The notes under the pieces are model-generated. The model worked only from the letters and a program-made list of their open reading frames with translations, was not told where the DNA came from and made no database searches. The translations under genes were made by a program, and so were the position numbers. A stretch of DNA of 64,000 nucleotides, taken from positions 2,535 through 66,534 of the forward strand of contig JBKDMX010000091.1 of the NCBI GenBank assembly GCA_046343855.1, written 5' to 3'. Shown in pieces: positions 18,775 through 27,209 of the stretch; within the stretch, counting starts at the first letter, position 1; the number at the start of each line of letters is the position of its first letter. Source of the stretch: Planctomycetia bacterium (GTDB lineage Bacteria; Planctomycetota; Planctomycetia; Pirellulales; UBA1268).

Positions 18775-19226
18775 AAAGTCTCACCGTTGGCGATCCCGCG
18801 CCGCACTTCGAGGCCGTCCTACAGGACGGCAGCACGTTCAAGCTCGCCGACCTGCTCGGCAAGAAGATCGTCGTGCTCTTCTTCTATCCCAAGGACCACA
18901 CGCCGGTCTGCACGAAAGAGGCCTGCGCCTTCCGGGATTCCTACGAGAAGTTCGTCGCGGCCGGCGCCGAGGTGATCGGTGTGAGCAGCGACTCCGCCGC
19001 CAGTCATCGCTCGTTCGCGGAGAAGCACCGGCTGCCCTTTCCGATCATCAGCGACCACGATCGCGGGCTCCGCAGGGTCTTCGGCGTGCCGAACCCACTG
19101 GGGTTCATCCCGGGTCGGGTCACCTACGTGATCGACCGGCAGGGGGTGATCCGGCTGGTGTTCAGCGCGATCTTCGCCTCGGACGACCACGTCGAGAAGG
19201 CGCTCGAGGCGGTGCAGAGGGCGTAG
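18771..19226 (+). CDS. bcp: Peroxiredoxin (Bcp-type thiol peroxidase)
   Basis: 151 aa with FFYPKDHTPVCTKEAC. ATGA overlap with the antiporter stop. The TAG stop lies inside the REP-like element. Confidence 0.9.
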   Translation: MKSLTVGDPAPHFEAVLQDGSTFKLADLLGKKIVVLFFYPKDHTPVCTKEACAFRDSYEKFVAAGAEVIGVSSDSAASHRSFAEKHRLPFPIISDHDRGLRRVFGVPNPLGFIPGRVTYVIDRQGVIRLVFSAIFASDDHVEKALEAVQRA

Positions 19227-19292
19227 GACAGGCCTCTGCGCCTGTCTGTTCCTCGTGCGATCGGGCATGACAGGCACGGAGGCCTGTCCTAC
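19223..19292. repeat. REP-like hairpin element, type 2 (long loop), outward-facing pair
   Basis: gtaggacaggcctctgcgcctgtc (19223-19246) ... gacaggcacggaggcctgtcctac (19269-19292). Contains the TAG stops of bcp and of the phosphorylase gene. Confidence 0.8.
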
Positions 19293-20119
19293 GGGCGGCC
19301 GGCGCGGCGGACGGCGGCGGTGACGAGGGCGCGGAGCTTCGGCTCGGCCGATGCGGCCACGGCGAGGATCTTCTCCACCGTCGCCACCTCGAGCGCGTCG
19401 GGAAGGCACATGTCGGTGATCACGGAGATGCCGAGCACCTTCATGCCCGCGTGCACCGCCACGATCACCTCCGGCACCGTCGACATGCCGACGACGTCGG
19501 CGCCGATCACCCGCAGAAAGCGATATTCGGCCCGCGTCTCCAGATTCGGCCCCGTGACGGCCACGTAGACGCCGCGATGGGCCACGAAGTTTTCCCTGCG
19601 GGCCACTTCGAGCGCCTGGTCGATGAGCACGGGCGTGTAGGGGGCCGACATGTCGGGAAACCGCGGCCCGAGCCGATCGTCGTTGATGCCGACGAGCGGG
19701 TTGTCGTTCATCAGGTTGATGTGGTCGTCGATCACCATGAGATCGCCGGTGCGAAACTGCGGGTTCAGGCCGCCGCAGGCGTTGGTGACGACCAGCAATT
19801 CGGCCCCGAGCCGCCGCACCACGCGGACGGGAAACGTAATCTGGGCGAGCGGATAACCCTCGTAGGCATGCATCCGCCCCTCCATCACCACGACGGGCAC
19901 GCCCTCGAGCAGGCCGCAGACGAGCTGCCCGGCATGGCCGTGGGCGGTGGACTTCGCGAAGTGGGGGATCGATCCGTAGGGGATCGTCACCTTGTCTTTG
20001 ATCGCGGCCGTCACGCCGCCGAGGCCGCTGCCGAGGATGATGCCCACGGCCGGCTTGTGGGGCCATTGGGCGGCGATCGCCGCGCAGGCCTCCGTGATCT
20101 TGTCGAATTGGTCGAGCAT
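19289..20119 (-). CDS. Purine nucleoside phosphorylase (PNP/MTAP family)
   Basis: 276 aa with GIILGSGLGG, RMHAYEGY, TNACGGLNP and VGMSTVPEV motifs. Confidence 0.9.
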   Translation of the reverse strand: MLDQFDKITEACAAIAAQWPHKPAVGIILGSGLGGVTAAIKDKVTIPYGSIPHFAKSTAHGHAGQLVCGLLEGVPVVVMEGRMHAYEGYPLAQITFPVRVVRRLGAELLVVTNACGGLNPQFRTGDLMVIDDHINLMNDNPLVGINDDRLGPRFPDMSAPYTPVLIDQALEVARRENFVAHRGVYVAVTGPNLETRAEYRFLRVIGADVVGMSTVPEVIVAVHAGMKVLGISVITDMCLPDALEVATVEKILAVAASAEPKLRALVTAAVRRAGRP

Positions 20120-20144
20120 GTGTGCCTTGTCGTGAGCCCCCGAT

Positions 20145-20528
20145 TCAGTCGGGGCTCAGCAAGGCCCGAAAGTCAGGCCGCTCCCGCAACGAATCGAGGT
20201 CGGGATCGACCTCCAGGTGTGCCAGATCGTCGTAGCCCAGGAGGATGGCCTTCGAGAGGGACTTCATCGCCTCGTCGGGCCGCCCGGCGAGGGCGAGCGA
20301 ACAGGCGAGATTGTAGCGGGCCAGGAAATCCTTTGGCAGCCGCTCCACCAGATGCCGGTCGATTTCCACCGCGCGGTGCACGAGGCCCTTCTTCGAGACG
20401 AGCTCGCCGAGCACCCGCAACACCTCCACGCTCTCGCCGTTGCGGGCGAGCAGGTTTTCGAAAAAGTCGATGTCGAAGTCGAGCTGGCTCAGCTTTCCGA
20501 ACCAGCCTGCGGTCTTTTGCGCTGACAT
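20145..20528 (-). CDS. TPR-like hypothetical protein
   Basis: 127 aa. C-terminal half resembles a TPR-type motif (ARYNLACSLALAGRPDEAMKSLSKAILLGYDD ... DPDLDSLRERPDFRALL). Confidence 0.55.
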   Translation of the reverse strand: MSAQKTAGWFGKLSQLDFDIDFFENLLARNGESVEVLRVLGELVSKKGLVHRAVEIDRHLVERLPKDFLARYNLACSLALAGRPDEAMKSLSKAILLGYDDLAHLEVDPDLDSLRERPDFRALLSPD

Positions 20529-20559
20529 CGCACGTTACTCGCGGGTTGCGGCGGGCGGC

Positions 20560-20775
20560 CTACTTCTTCTTGCCGGATCCTTTCGCCGGAGGCGGAGGCC
20601 CCGGATCGGCGTCGTCTGGATGATCCCAGTCGGGGTCGTTCGACTCCTCCTCGAAATCATCGTCAAAGTCGTCGTCGAAATCGTCGAAACTCGATTCCTC
20701 GTCCGCCAGGGGCTGCGCAGCGGCAAGGTCTTCCTCGTCGTCAATCTCGTCTTCTTCGTCGGGGTCCGTGCTCAT
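20560..20775 (-). CDS. Small, extremely acidic hypothetical protein
   Basis: 71 aa from the ATG at 20775 (MSTDPDEEDEIDDEED...DDFDDDFDDDFEEE...PPPPAKGSGKKK). The track ORF extends to a GTG at 20862. No SD seen; coding status unproven. Confidence 0.4.
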   Translation of the reverse strand: MSTDPDEEDEIDDEEDLAAAQPLADEESSFDDFDDDFDDDFEEESNDPDWDHPDDADPGPPPPAKGSGKKK

Positions 20776-20898
20776 CGGGTCGGGTGGGTCTTTCAGCGGG
20801 GGGGCGGGAGCCCAAAGCAAACCGTTTCGGGCGGGCTGCGTCAAGGCAGGTGCGGCCTGCACCGCGGTCAGGCCGTCACCCGGGGAAGTATACGCGGA

Positions 20899-22122
20899 TC
20901 AGGTGTGGTAGTCCGCGTTGAGGTGGACGTATTCCGCCGTGAGGTCGCTCGAGTAGAACCGAATCGATTCCCGACCAGCCTGCAACTCCAGCTCGATCAG
21001 CGTCTCCCGGGCGGATCGGATCGATTCCGAGACCGCGTCGGCGTCAAACGCCACCGGCTGCCCATGCTGAAAGAGGAGCGTGCCGTTGACCCGCAGCACG
21101 AGTTTGTCGGGGTCGAATCTGACGCCCGAATAGCCGGCGGCCGACACGATCCGGCCCCAGTTCGGGTCGGCCCCGTGGATCGCCGTCTTCACGAGCGGGC
21201 TGTCGGCCACGGAGCGGGCGATCTGGCGGGCCTCGTCGCGTGTCGGACAACCCTGAACTTCGATCCGCAGCACGTGCGTGGCCCCCTCGCCGTCGTCGGC
21301 GATATCGCGGGCCAACGCCTCGCAGGCGTCGGAGAGCGCCTTCGCGAAGCCGTCGAGATCCCGCCCTGCGAGCGGCTCGCCGCCCGCTGCTCCGTTGGCC
21401 AGGAGCAGCACCGTGTCGTTGGTGCTCGTGTGACCATCGACGCTCACGCAGTTGAAGGTCTGCTCCGCCGCCTCGCCGAGCAGCCGCTGCGCGTCGGTCG
21501 GCCGCACCGGCGCATCGGTGAGCACGATCCCGAGCATCGTGGCCAGCCGCGGCCCCACCATCGCGGCCCCCTTCGCCATCCCGAAGAGCGTGTAGGTGCG
21601 GCCACCGGCGGTGAACGTGGAGCCGGACAGTTTGGGACGCGTGTCGGTGGTCATCATGCCGCGGGCCGCCGTCAGAACCGTGTCGGTGTCGCTGCCGAGC
21701 CGGCCGGCCACGGTGGCGATCCCCGCCTCGATCTTCGCCAGCGGCAGAAACTCGCCGATGATCCCCGTCGAGAGCACGAGCACGCCCGCCTCCGGCACGC
21801 CGAGCTTCTCAGCTGCCGCGGCCGCCATGCGGCGAGCGTCGTCGAGGCCGCGGGCCCCCGTGCAGGCATTGGCGTTGCCCGAGTTGATCGCGACCGCCCG
21901 AAAGCCCTCGCCCGGCGTGCGAGCGCGGTCGAAGGCCACCGGCGCCGCGAAGACGAGGTTCGTCGTGTAGACGCCGGCCGCCGTCGCCGGCACGTCGGAG
22001 ACGACGAGCGAGATGTCTTCGCGCGAGGCATTGCGCTTGAGCCCCGCATGCGCTCCGGCGACGCGGAAGCCCTTGGGGAGCGGGGGAATCGGCAGGCGGA
22101 TCGGAGTTTCGGTGATGCTCAT
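20899..22122 (-). CDS. argJ: Bifunctional glutamate N-acetyltransferase / amino-acid acetyltransferase
   Basis: ArgJ motifs (GMMTTDT, ATMLG autoprocessing region, SANDT-like TSTNDT). The ATG at 22122 (MSITETPI) is preferred over the TTG at 22134. Confidence 0.9.
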   Translation of the reverse strand: MSITETPIRLPIPPLPKGFRVAGAHAGLKRNASREDISLVVSDVPATAAGVYTTNLVFAAPVAFDRARTPGEGFRAVAINSGNANACTGARGLDDARRMAAAAAEKLGVPEAGVLVLSTGIIGEFLPLAKIEAGIATVAGRLGSDTDTVLTAARGMMTTDTRPKLSGSTFTAGGRTYTLFGMAKGAAMVGPRLATMLGIVLTDAPVRPTDAQRLLGEAAEQTFNCVSVDGHTSTNDTVLLLANGAAGGEPLAGRDLDGFAKALSDACEALARDIADDGEGATHVLRIEVQGCPTRDEARQIARSVADSPLVKTAIHGADPNWGRIVSAAGYSGVRFDPDKLVLRVNGTLLFQHGQPVAFDADAVSESIRSARETLIELELQAGRESIRFYSSDLTAEYVHLNADYHT

Positions 22123-22132
22123 GAAAGTGCCC

Positions 22133-22189
22133 AATAAAAGGTGTCAGGACTCTTTTTTCTCCTGAAAAAGAGTCCTGACACCTTTTATT
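22133..22189. repeat. Perfect 25-bp inverted repeat, AT-rich, 7-nt loop, filling the argC-argJ spacer
   Basis: aataaaaggtgtcaggactcttttt tctcctg aaaaagagtcctgacaccttttatt. Arms at 22133-22157 and 22165-22189 are exact reverse complements. Confidence 0.9.
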
Positions 22190-22190
22190 C

Positions 22191-23201
22191 CTACAAAAGT
22201 CCGGCGGTTTCGGGGAGGCCGAAGAGGACGTTGAAATTCTGGATGGCGGCGCCGGCGGCGCCCTTCACGAGGTTGTCGAGGCAGCTGATCAGGAGCACCC
22301 GGCCGCGGACCACGCGGGCCGTGATGTCGCAGAAATTCGTGTCGACCGTGTCTTTCGTGGCGGGCAGGTGATCCACCACCCGCACGAACCGCTCCCCCGC
22401 GTAGGCATCGCGGAGCAGCTTCATGACGTCCCCCTCGGCAAGCGGCTTCTTCGGGCGGATGTAGATCGTCGAGAGAATGCCGCGGTCCATCGGCGCGAGC
22501 TGCGGCGTGAAGATCACCTGCGGCAGGGCGCCGGCGTGGCGGCCGATCACCTGCTCGATCTCGGGCGTATGCCGATGGCGGCCCACGTTGTAGGCCGACA
22601 TGCTCTCGTTGCACTCCGGAAAGTGCGTCATGAGCTTGGGCTGGCGGCCCGCGCCGCTCACGCCGCTCTTGGAGTCGATGATGATGTCGTCGGTCTCGAA
22701 GCGGCCGCTCTTCACGAGGGGGGCCAGCGGCAGGATCGCGGAGGTCGAATAGCAGCCGGGGTTCGCCACCAGGTCGGCCCCCGTGATCCGGTCGCGGAAG
22801 AGCTCGGGCAGGCCGTAGACCGTCTTGCCGAGCCGGCCCTGATCCGGATGCTCGTGGCCATACCACTCCAGATACGTGGCAGCGTCGTCGAGCCGGTAGT
22901 CGGCGCTGAAATCGATCACCTTCGCCCCGGCGGCGAGCACCTTCGGAATGATCTCGGCGCTCGCGCAGTGGGGCAGGCAGGAGAACACGCACTGCGCCCG
23001 ACTGCCCACCTCCTCCGGCGAAAGATCCTCAAGCGGCAGTTCGAGCCGGCCCACCAGGCTCGGGTGCACCGTCGAGATCGGGGGGCTTCCCTCCTGTCGG
23101 CTCGTGACGGCGACGATCTTCGCCTCCGGATGCCGCAGCAGGATCTTGATGGCCTCGAGCGCGGTATAGCCGGTGGCTCCAAGGACGGCGACGGTGATCA
23201 T
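22191..23201 (-). CDS. argC: N-acetyl-gamma-glutamyl-phosphate reductase
   Basis: 336 aa with VAVLGATGYTALE and ANPGCYSTS (catalytic Cys) motifs. Confidence 0.95.
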   Translation of the reverse strand: MITVAVLGATGYTALEAIKILLRHPEAKIVAVTSRQEGSPPISTVHPSLVGRLELPLEDLSPEEVGSRAQCVFSCLPHCASAEIIPKVLAAGAKVIDFSADYRLDDAATYLEWYGHEHPDQGRLGKTVYGLPELFRDRITGADLVANPGCYSTSAILPLAPLVKSGRFETDDIIIDSKSGVSGAGRQPKLMTHFPECNESMSAYNVGRHRHTPEIEQVIGRHAGALPQVIFTPQLAPMDRGILSTIYIRPKKPLAEGDVMKLLRDAYAGERFVRVVDHLPATKDTVDTNFCDITARVVRGRVLLISCLDNLVKGAAGAAIQNFNVLFGLPETAGLL

Positions 23202-23214
23202 GGGTGCCTCACGG

Positions 23215-23256
23215 GTAGGACAGGCTTCAGCCTGTCAGCATCGGCTTCAGCCTGTC
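23215..23256. repeat. REP-like hairpin element, type 1, one unit plus a partial tandem duplicate
   Basis: gtaggacaggcttcagcctgtc (23215-23236), then agcatc, then ggcttcagcctgtc (23243-23256). Confidence 0.75.
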
Positions 23257-23446
23257 AGATAATCTGCCAACTCTCGGGCGTGTGATGCAGCCCGCATTGC
23301 CGCCCGAACGGCAAAAGTTTCCTCGCGTGGATATTTCGCACAATCCCAGTCTGGAAGGTTCACCTCAATCGGGCGAAATCTCCAATGCTCGTCAAGCTTT
23401 CGCCGATTCGGGCGTTCAGCATCCGGGGATCCCGGTGGCACGGGTA

Positions 23447-24079
23447 TCACGGTCTGAAAAGTGTGCTCTCGATCAGGCGGATGAGCCAGGTGGCGACGCT
23501 GGGCTTCGTGCCTTTTTTGCCGCCGACGCGGGCGTGGCTGCGGTCGTAGACGGTGACGGCGGTCTTCGCGGCCTCGAGCGCCGAGACGTCGTTGACGACG
23601 ATCAGGTCGCAGCGTTTGGCCTCGATCTTCTCGAAGGCGCGGCGCGGATCGGCCCCGGGCTCGAGCGCGAAGGCCACGAACCACTGCCGCTGCTTCGACC
23701 GGGCGGCGAGCGTCGCGATCACGTCGGCGGTCGGCTTGAGCCTGAGCGACAGGCCCGAGCCCCGGCGGGGAATCTTGCCGGCGGTTCGCCGGATCGGCTC
23801 GAAGTCGCAGGGGGCCGCGGCGGCGATCACGCCGTCGCATGCCGGTAATTCGTCGAGCGACGCCGCGAGCATCTCGTTCGTCGTCATCACCGGGATCACG
23901 CGGGCCTGCCGTGGATAGTCGACGTGCACCGGGCCGCTCACGATCGTCACCTCGTGGCCCCGAGCCAGGGCCGCGGCAGCGATCGCCCGGGCCATCCGGC
24001 CGCTCGAGGCATTCGTGAGGTAGCGAACGTCGTCGATGTAGGCTCGCGTCGGGCCGGCGGTGAGCAGGATCTTTGCCAT
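23447..24079 (-). CDS. coaB: Phosphopantothenate--cysteine ligase (stand-alone CoaB)
   Basis: 210 aa. MAKILLTAGPTRAYIDDVRYLTNASSGRMA matches the start of the CoaB domain of fused CoaBC proteins. Confidence 0.85.
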   Translation of the reverse strand: MAKILLTAGPTRAYIDDVRYLTNASSGRMARAIAAAALARGHEVTIVSGPVHVDYPRQARVIPVMTTNEMLAASLDELPACDGVIAAAAPCDFEPIRRTAGKIPRRGSGLSLRLKPTADVIATLAARSKQRQWFVAFALEPGADPRRAFEKIEAKRCDLIVVNDVSALEAAKTAVTVYDRSHARVGGKKGTKPSVATWLIRLIESTLFRP

Positions 24080-24110
24080 GCGCGTGGCCTTCGGGGGCGG
24101 TGACGGCGTG

Positions 24111-24680
24111 TCAGGACTGCTTTCGCGGCGGCCGGCCGGAGAGCGTCTCTTCGATCACGGTGACGATCTCGTCGGGCTCCGCCATCCGGCCGGCGCCCTT
24201 CTGCCGGCAGGAGAGCCAGCCGGTGCCGGGCTGCACGATGATTCCGCCGTCGGCCGCCACCTGCTCCACGTTGCGCTGCACGGCCGCCTTCGCCCACATC
24301 GCGGAGTTCATCGCCGGCGCGTAGATCACGGGGCACTCCGCGCAGAGCAGGAGCGTGGTCAGGAGGTCGTCGGCCGCACCGCCGGCCACCTTCGCGAGCA
24401 GGTCGGCCGAGGCGGGGGCCACGACCACGAGATCGGCCCGCGCGGCCAGCTCGATGTGCGCACCGAGCGGAAATACGGCCGGATCGAAACTCCGCGAGGC
24501 GACCGGCCGCCCGGTGAGCGCCGCAAACGTCGCCGCGCCGACGAACCGCCTCGCATTGCGGGTGAGCACGGCCGTGACCCCGGCGCCCCGCTGCACGAGC
24601 ATGCTCGTCAGCGCCGCCGCCTTGTAGGCCGCGATGCCGCCCGAAACACCGACGACGATTTCACGACCTTCAATCGTCAC
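24111..24680 (-). CDS. coaC: Phosphopantothenoylcysteine decarboxylase flavoprotein (stand-alone CoaC)
   Basis: 189 aa with [15 protein letters not shown] and PAMNSAMW motifs. GTG start overlaps the rpoZ stop (GTGA). Confidence 0.85.
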   Translation of the reverse strand: MTIEGREIVVGVSGGIAAYKAAALTSMLVQRGAGVTAVLTRNARRFVGAATFAALTGRPVASRSFDPAVFPLGAHIELAARADLVVVAPASADLLAKVAGGAADDLLTTLLLCAECPVIYAPAMNSAMWAKAAVQRNVEQVAADGGIIVQPGTGWLSCRQKGAGRMAEPDEIVTVIEETLSGRPPRKQS

Positions 24681-24940
24681 AGGATGGAGGCGTCAAAATC
24701 CAAGGGGCCGCCAGCCTCGGGCGATTCGCCGGTGATCCGCAGGTTCGACGACGTGTCGAGGAAGATCTTGTCTTGCTTGATCTCCTCGATGACGATCTGC
24801 ATCTTGTCGTCGCTGTCGATGTCGACGAGCGGGCGGCCGCCGGCGTTGAGCGCCACGAGCCGCTTCTGGATCAGCGTGGAGAGCTTGAACCGCCCTCCGA
24901 CCTTGTTGACGATCTCTTCTTCGCGCAGGTCGTCGATCAT
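24677..24940 (-). CDS. rpoZ: DNA-directed RNA polymerase subunit omega
   Basis: 87 aa. The N-terminus ([25 protein letters not shown]) and the position between gmk and coaC fit the conserved gmk-rpoZ-coaBC context. Confidence 0.75.
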   Translation of the reverse strand: MIDDLREEEIVNKVGGRFKLSTLIQKRLVALNAGGRPLVDIDSDDKMQIVIEEIKQDKIFLDTSSNLRITGESPEAGGPLDFDASIL

Positions 24941-25572
24941 GACTTCGTTCCCAGGGGGTGGGCTCCGGAGGGGGTGTGGATTGTTTGGGCCTTGGCGGCG
25001 GCGAGGCCGGCGTCGGCCAGGATGGTTTTGATCGTGTGGACGGCGGTGTCGAGGTCGTCGTTGACGACCCGGTGCTGGTAGCGGTGGGCCTCGAGCAGTT
25101 CGCGGCGGGCAACCTCCAGCCGACGCGCCATCGCCTCCGGAGACTCGGTGCCGCGGCCGGTGAGCCGCTGCTCGAGCTGGTCTGGATGGGATGGCTCGAC
25201 GAAAATCGTCACCGCCTCAGGATACCGCTCCAAGATCGAAAGTGTACCCTCCACGTCGATCTCCAGCACCACCCACTCCCCGGCCGCCAGGCGGGGGGCC
25301 ACCTCGGCCACGAGCGTGCCATACCAGTGCTGCCGGCCGTAGACCCGGCAGCATTCGAGAAATTCGCCGTTTGCCCGCCGCCGTTCGAAGTCTTCGAGCG
25401 TGAGGAAGTGGTAGTCCACGCCGTCTCGCTCGCCCGATCGCGGCGGCCGCGTGGTGGCCGAGATGCTCGGGATCAGTTCCGGCAGGTCGGAGAGGAGCCG
25501 CCTCAGGATCGAGGTCTTGCCGACCCCGGAGGGGCCCGAGATGACGACGAGTTTGCCGGGAAGGTTGGCCAT
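24937..25572 (-). CDS. gmk: Guanylate kinase
   Basis: 211 aa from the internal ATG at 25572 ([23 protein letters not shown]-loop; [17 protein letters not shown]). The longer track ORF is an upstream extension. Confidence 0.9.
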   Translation of the reverse strand: MANLPGKLVVISGPSGVGKTSILRRLLSDLPELIPSISATTRPPRSGERDGVDYHFLTLEDFERRRANGEFLECCRVYGRQHWYGTLVAEVAPRLAAGEWVVLEIDVEGTLSILERYPEAVTIFVEPSHPDQLEQRLTGRGTESPEAMARRLEVARRELLEAHRYQHRVVNDDLDTAVHTIKTILADAGLAAAKAQTIHTPSGAHPLGTKS

Positions 25573-25618
25573 TGGGTTGTTGTAACCCACGCCGGCCGGG
25601 CTTGAAAAGACGCCGCCC

Positions 25619-26500
25619 TCACTCGACGTTTTGGACGAGTTCCTTGAGCCGCTCGACCTGCGTCTTGAGCTCGACGACCGCGTGGGCGATCGCCACGTCG
25701 GCCGATTTCGAGGCCACCGTGTTGGCCTCGCGGACGAGCTCCTGCGTGAGGAAATCGAGGGATCTTCCCGGCGTGTCTTCGTCGAGCAGGCGGTCGAACT
25801 GGGCGACGTGGCTCTCGAGTCGCACCAGCTCTTCGGCGATGTCGGAACGGTCGGCGAGGAGGGCGATCTCGCGGGCGAGGTCGCCCTCGGTGAGGGAGAC
25901 ACCGCGCTCTTCGAGCAGCCGGCCGACCCGCTCGAAGAGCCGCGCGCGATGCTCCTCGAGCGCGGCAGGCACGCGGCCGCGGATCCGCGCCGCGATCGAC
26001 CTGATCTCGAGCAGGGAAGACCGCATGTCGCGGGCCATCGCGTCGCCTTCGGACCGCCGCATCGCGTCGAGCCGATCGAGCGCCGCATCGAGGGCGCGGG
26101 CGACCAGCGGCCAGGCGGCCGACATCGCCTCGCTCGCGGGCAGGCCGTCGGCGAGGATGCCTGGCAGGCCGAGCAGGCCGTCGATCCCGCGGGGCACGGG
26201 CAGATCGTGCCGCGTGCAGAAGTGCTCGAGCTGGCCGAGATAGGCCTCGAGCTGGGCCTCGTCGAACTGCCGCGCGGCCGGGGCCGCAGGGCCGGAGAGG
26301 TCGAGCGTCATCTGCACCGTGCCGCGCTTGATCCGGTCGCGCACGGCCGCCTCGATCCGCGATTCAAGCGCCGCGAAGCCCTCGCGGGCCCGCAAGGAAA
26401 ACTTCAGAAAGCGGTTGTTGACGCACCGCAATTCGACGCGGCAGGTGCTCGAGCCGTCAGACGCGACGCCCTCGCCGCAGCCAGTCATGCTCAGCGCCAT
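25619..26500 (-). CDS. yicC: YicC-family protein
   Basis: 293 aa. N-terminal SMTGCGEG and C-terminal EANTVASKS...ELKTQVERLKELVQNVE are typical of YicC. Confidence 0.85.
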   Translation of the reverse strand: MALSMTGCGEGVASDGSSTCRVELRCVNNRFLKFSLRAREGFAALESRIEAAVRDRIKRGTVQMTLDLSGPAAPAARQFDEAQLEAYLGQLEHFCTRHDLPVPRGIDGLLGLPGILADGLPASEAMSAAWPLVARALDAALDRLDAMRRSEGDAMARDMRSSLLEIRSIAARIRGRVPAALEEHRARLFERVGRLLEERGVSLTEGDLAREIALLADRSDIAEELVRLESHVAQFDRLLDEDTPGRSLDFLTQELVREANTVASKSADVAIAHAVVELKTQVERLKELVQNVE

Positions 26501-26521
26501 GGGAGCTCTTTCCGCAGCGGG

Positions 26522-27061
26522 TTACTTGGCGGGCGCGTCGGCCGCGGGTGCCGGTGCGGCGCCGCCGGCGCTCGGCAGGCTCAGCCCTGCATCAGCCGGT
26601 GCGGCTGGGGGTGTTGGCGTGGCCGGGGCTGCCGGAGTCGTGGGCGCAGCCGGAGTTGCCGGAGCGGCGGTTCCCTCGGCCGCAGTGGCAGCGGGCGTCG
26701 AAGCGGGCTTCGTTTCGGCCGGCGTCGTCTCGGCGGCGGGTTGCGATCCGGGCGCAGCGCCGGCCGACGGGCCAACGGCCTCAGGGGCCGCGCTGCCGAG
26801 GTTGCCGCTCAGAAGCGACTGCTGGCGGCCGAGAATGTTGACGGAGAGCACGCAGAGCACGATCCAGAAGGCCGCCACGCCGACGGTGATCTTCGTGAAG
26901 ACGTCGCCCGCCTTCGTGCCGAAGGCGCTCTGGCCACCGGCTCCGCCAAACGCGCCGGCGAGCCCGCCGCCGCGACCACGCTGGATCAGCACGAGGAAGA
27001 TGAGGAAGAGCGAGGTGAGGACGAGGCCGAGGCCGAGGAGGAAGCGAACGAGCGAGAGCAT
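26522..27061 (-). CDS. secG: Preprotein translocase subunit SecG with long Ala/Pro-rich C-terminal tail
   Basis: The first ~78 aa have the SecG pattern ([21 protein letters not shown]...). A low-complexity tail of about 100 aa follows. Confidence 0.75.
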   Translation of the reverse strand: MLSLVRFLLGLGLVLTSLFLIFLVLIQRGRGGGLAGAFGGAGGQSAFGTKAGDVFTKITVGVAAFWIVLCVLSVNILGRQQSLLSGNLGSAAPEAVGPSAGAAPGSQPAAETTPAETKPASTPAATAAEGTAAPATPAAPTTPAAPATPTPPAAPADAGLSLPSAGGAAPAPAADAPAK

Positions 27062-27152
27062 TGCAAATTCCTGTCGCGAAACATTTGGATTGTCGACGCC
27101 GGATCATATCGGATCGCGGGCCACGCGCCGACAGCAGGTGGGAAACGGGGCG

Positions 27153-27200
27153 GACAGGCACGGAGGCCTGTCGTACGTAGGACAGGCGTCTCTGCCTGTC
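27153..27200. repeat. REP-like hairpin element, type 2, two abutting units (inward-facing order)
   Basis: gacaggcacggaggcctgtcgtac (27153-27176) directly followed by gtaggacaggcgtctctgcctgtc (27177-27200). Confidence 0.8.
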
Positions 27201-27209
27201 TCAACGAGA

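Noticed and set aside
20134-20157. 9-bp hairpin (GAGCCCCCGA...TCGGGGCTC) over the stop codon of the TPR-like gene as an intrinsic terminator
   Set aside because: No U-tract on the transcribed (minus) strand, and the next co-directional gene starts 26 nt later. Probably just local structure.
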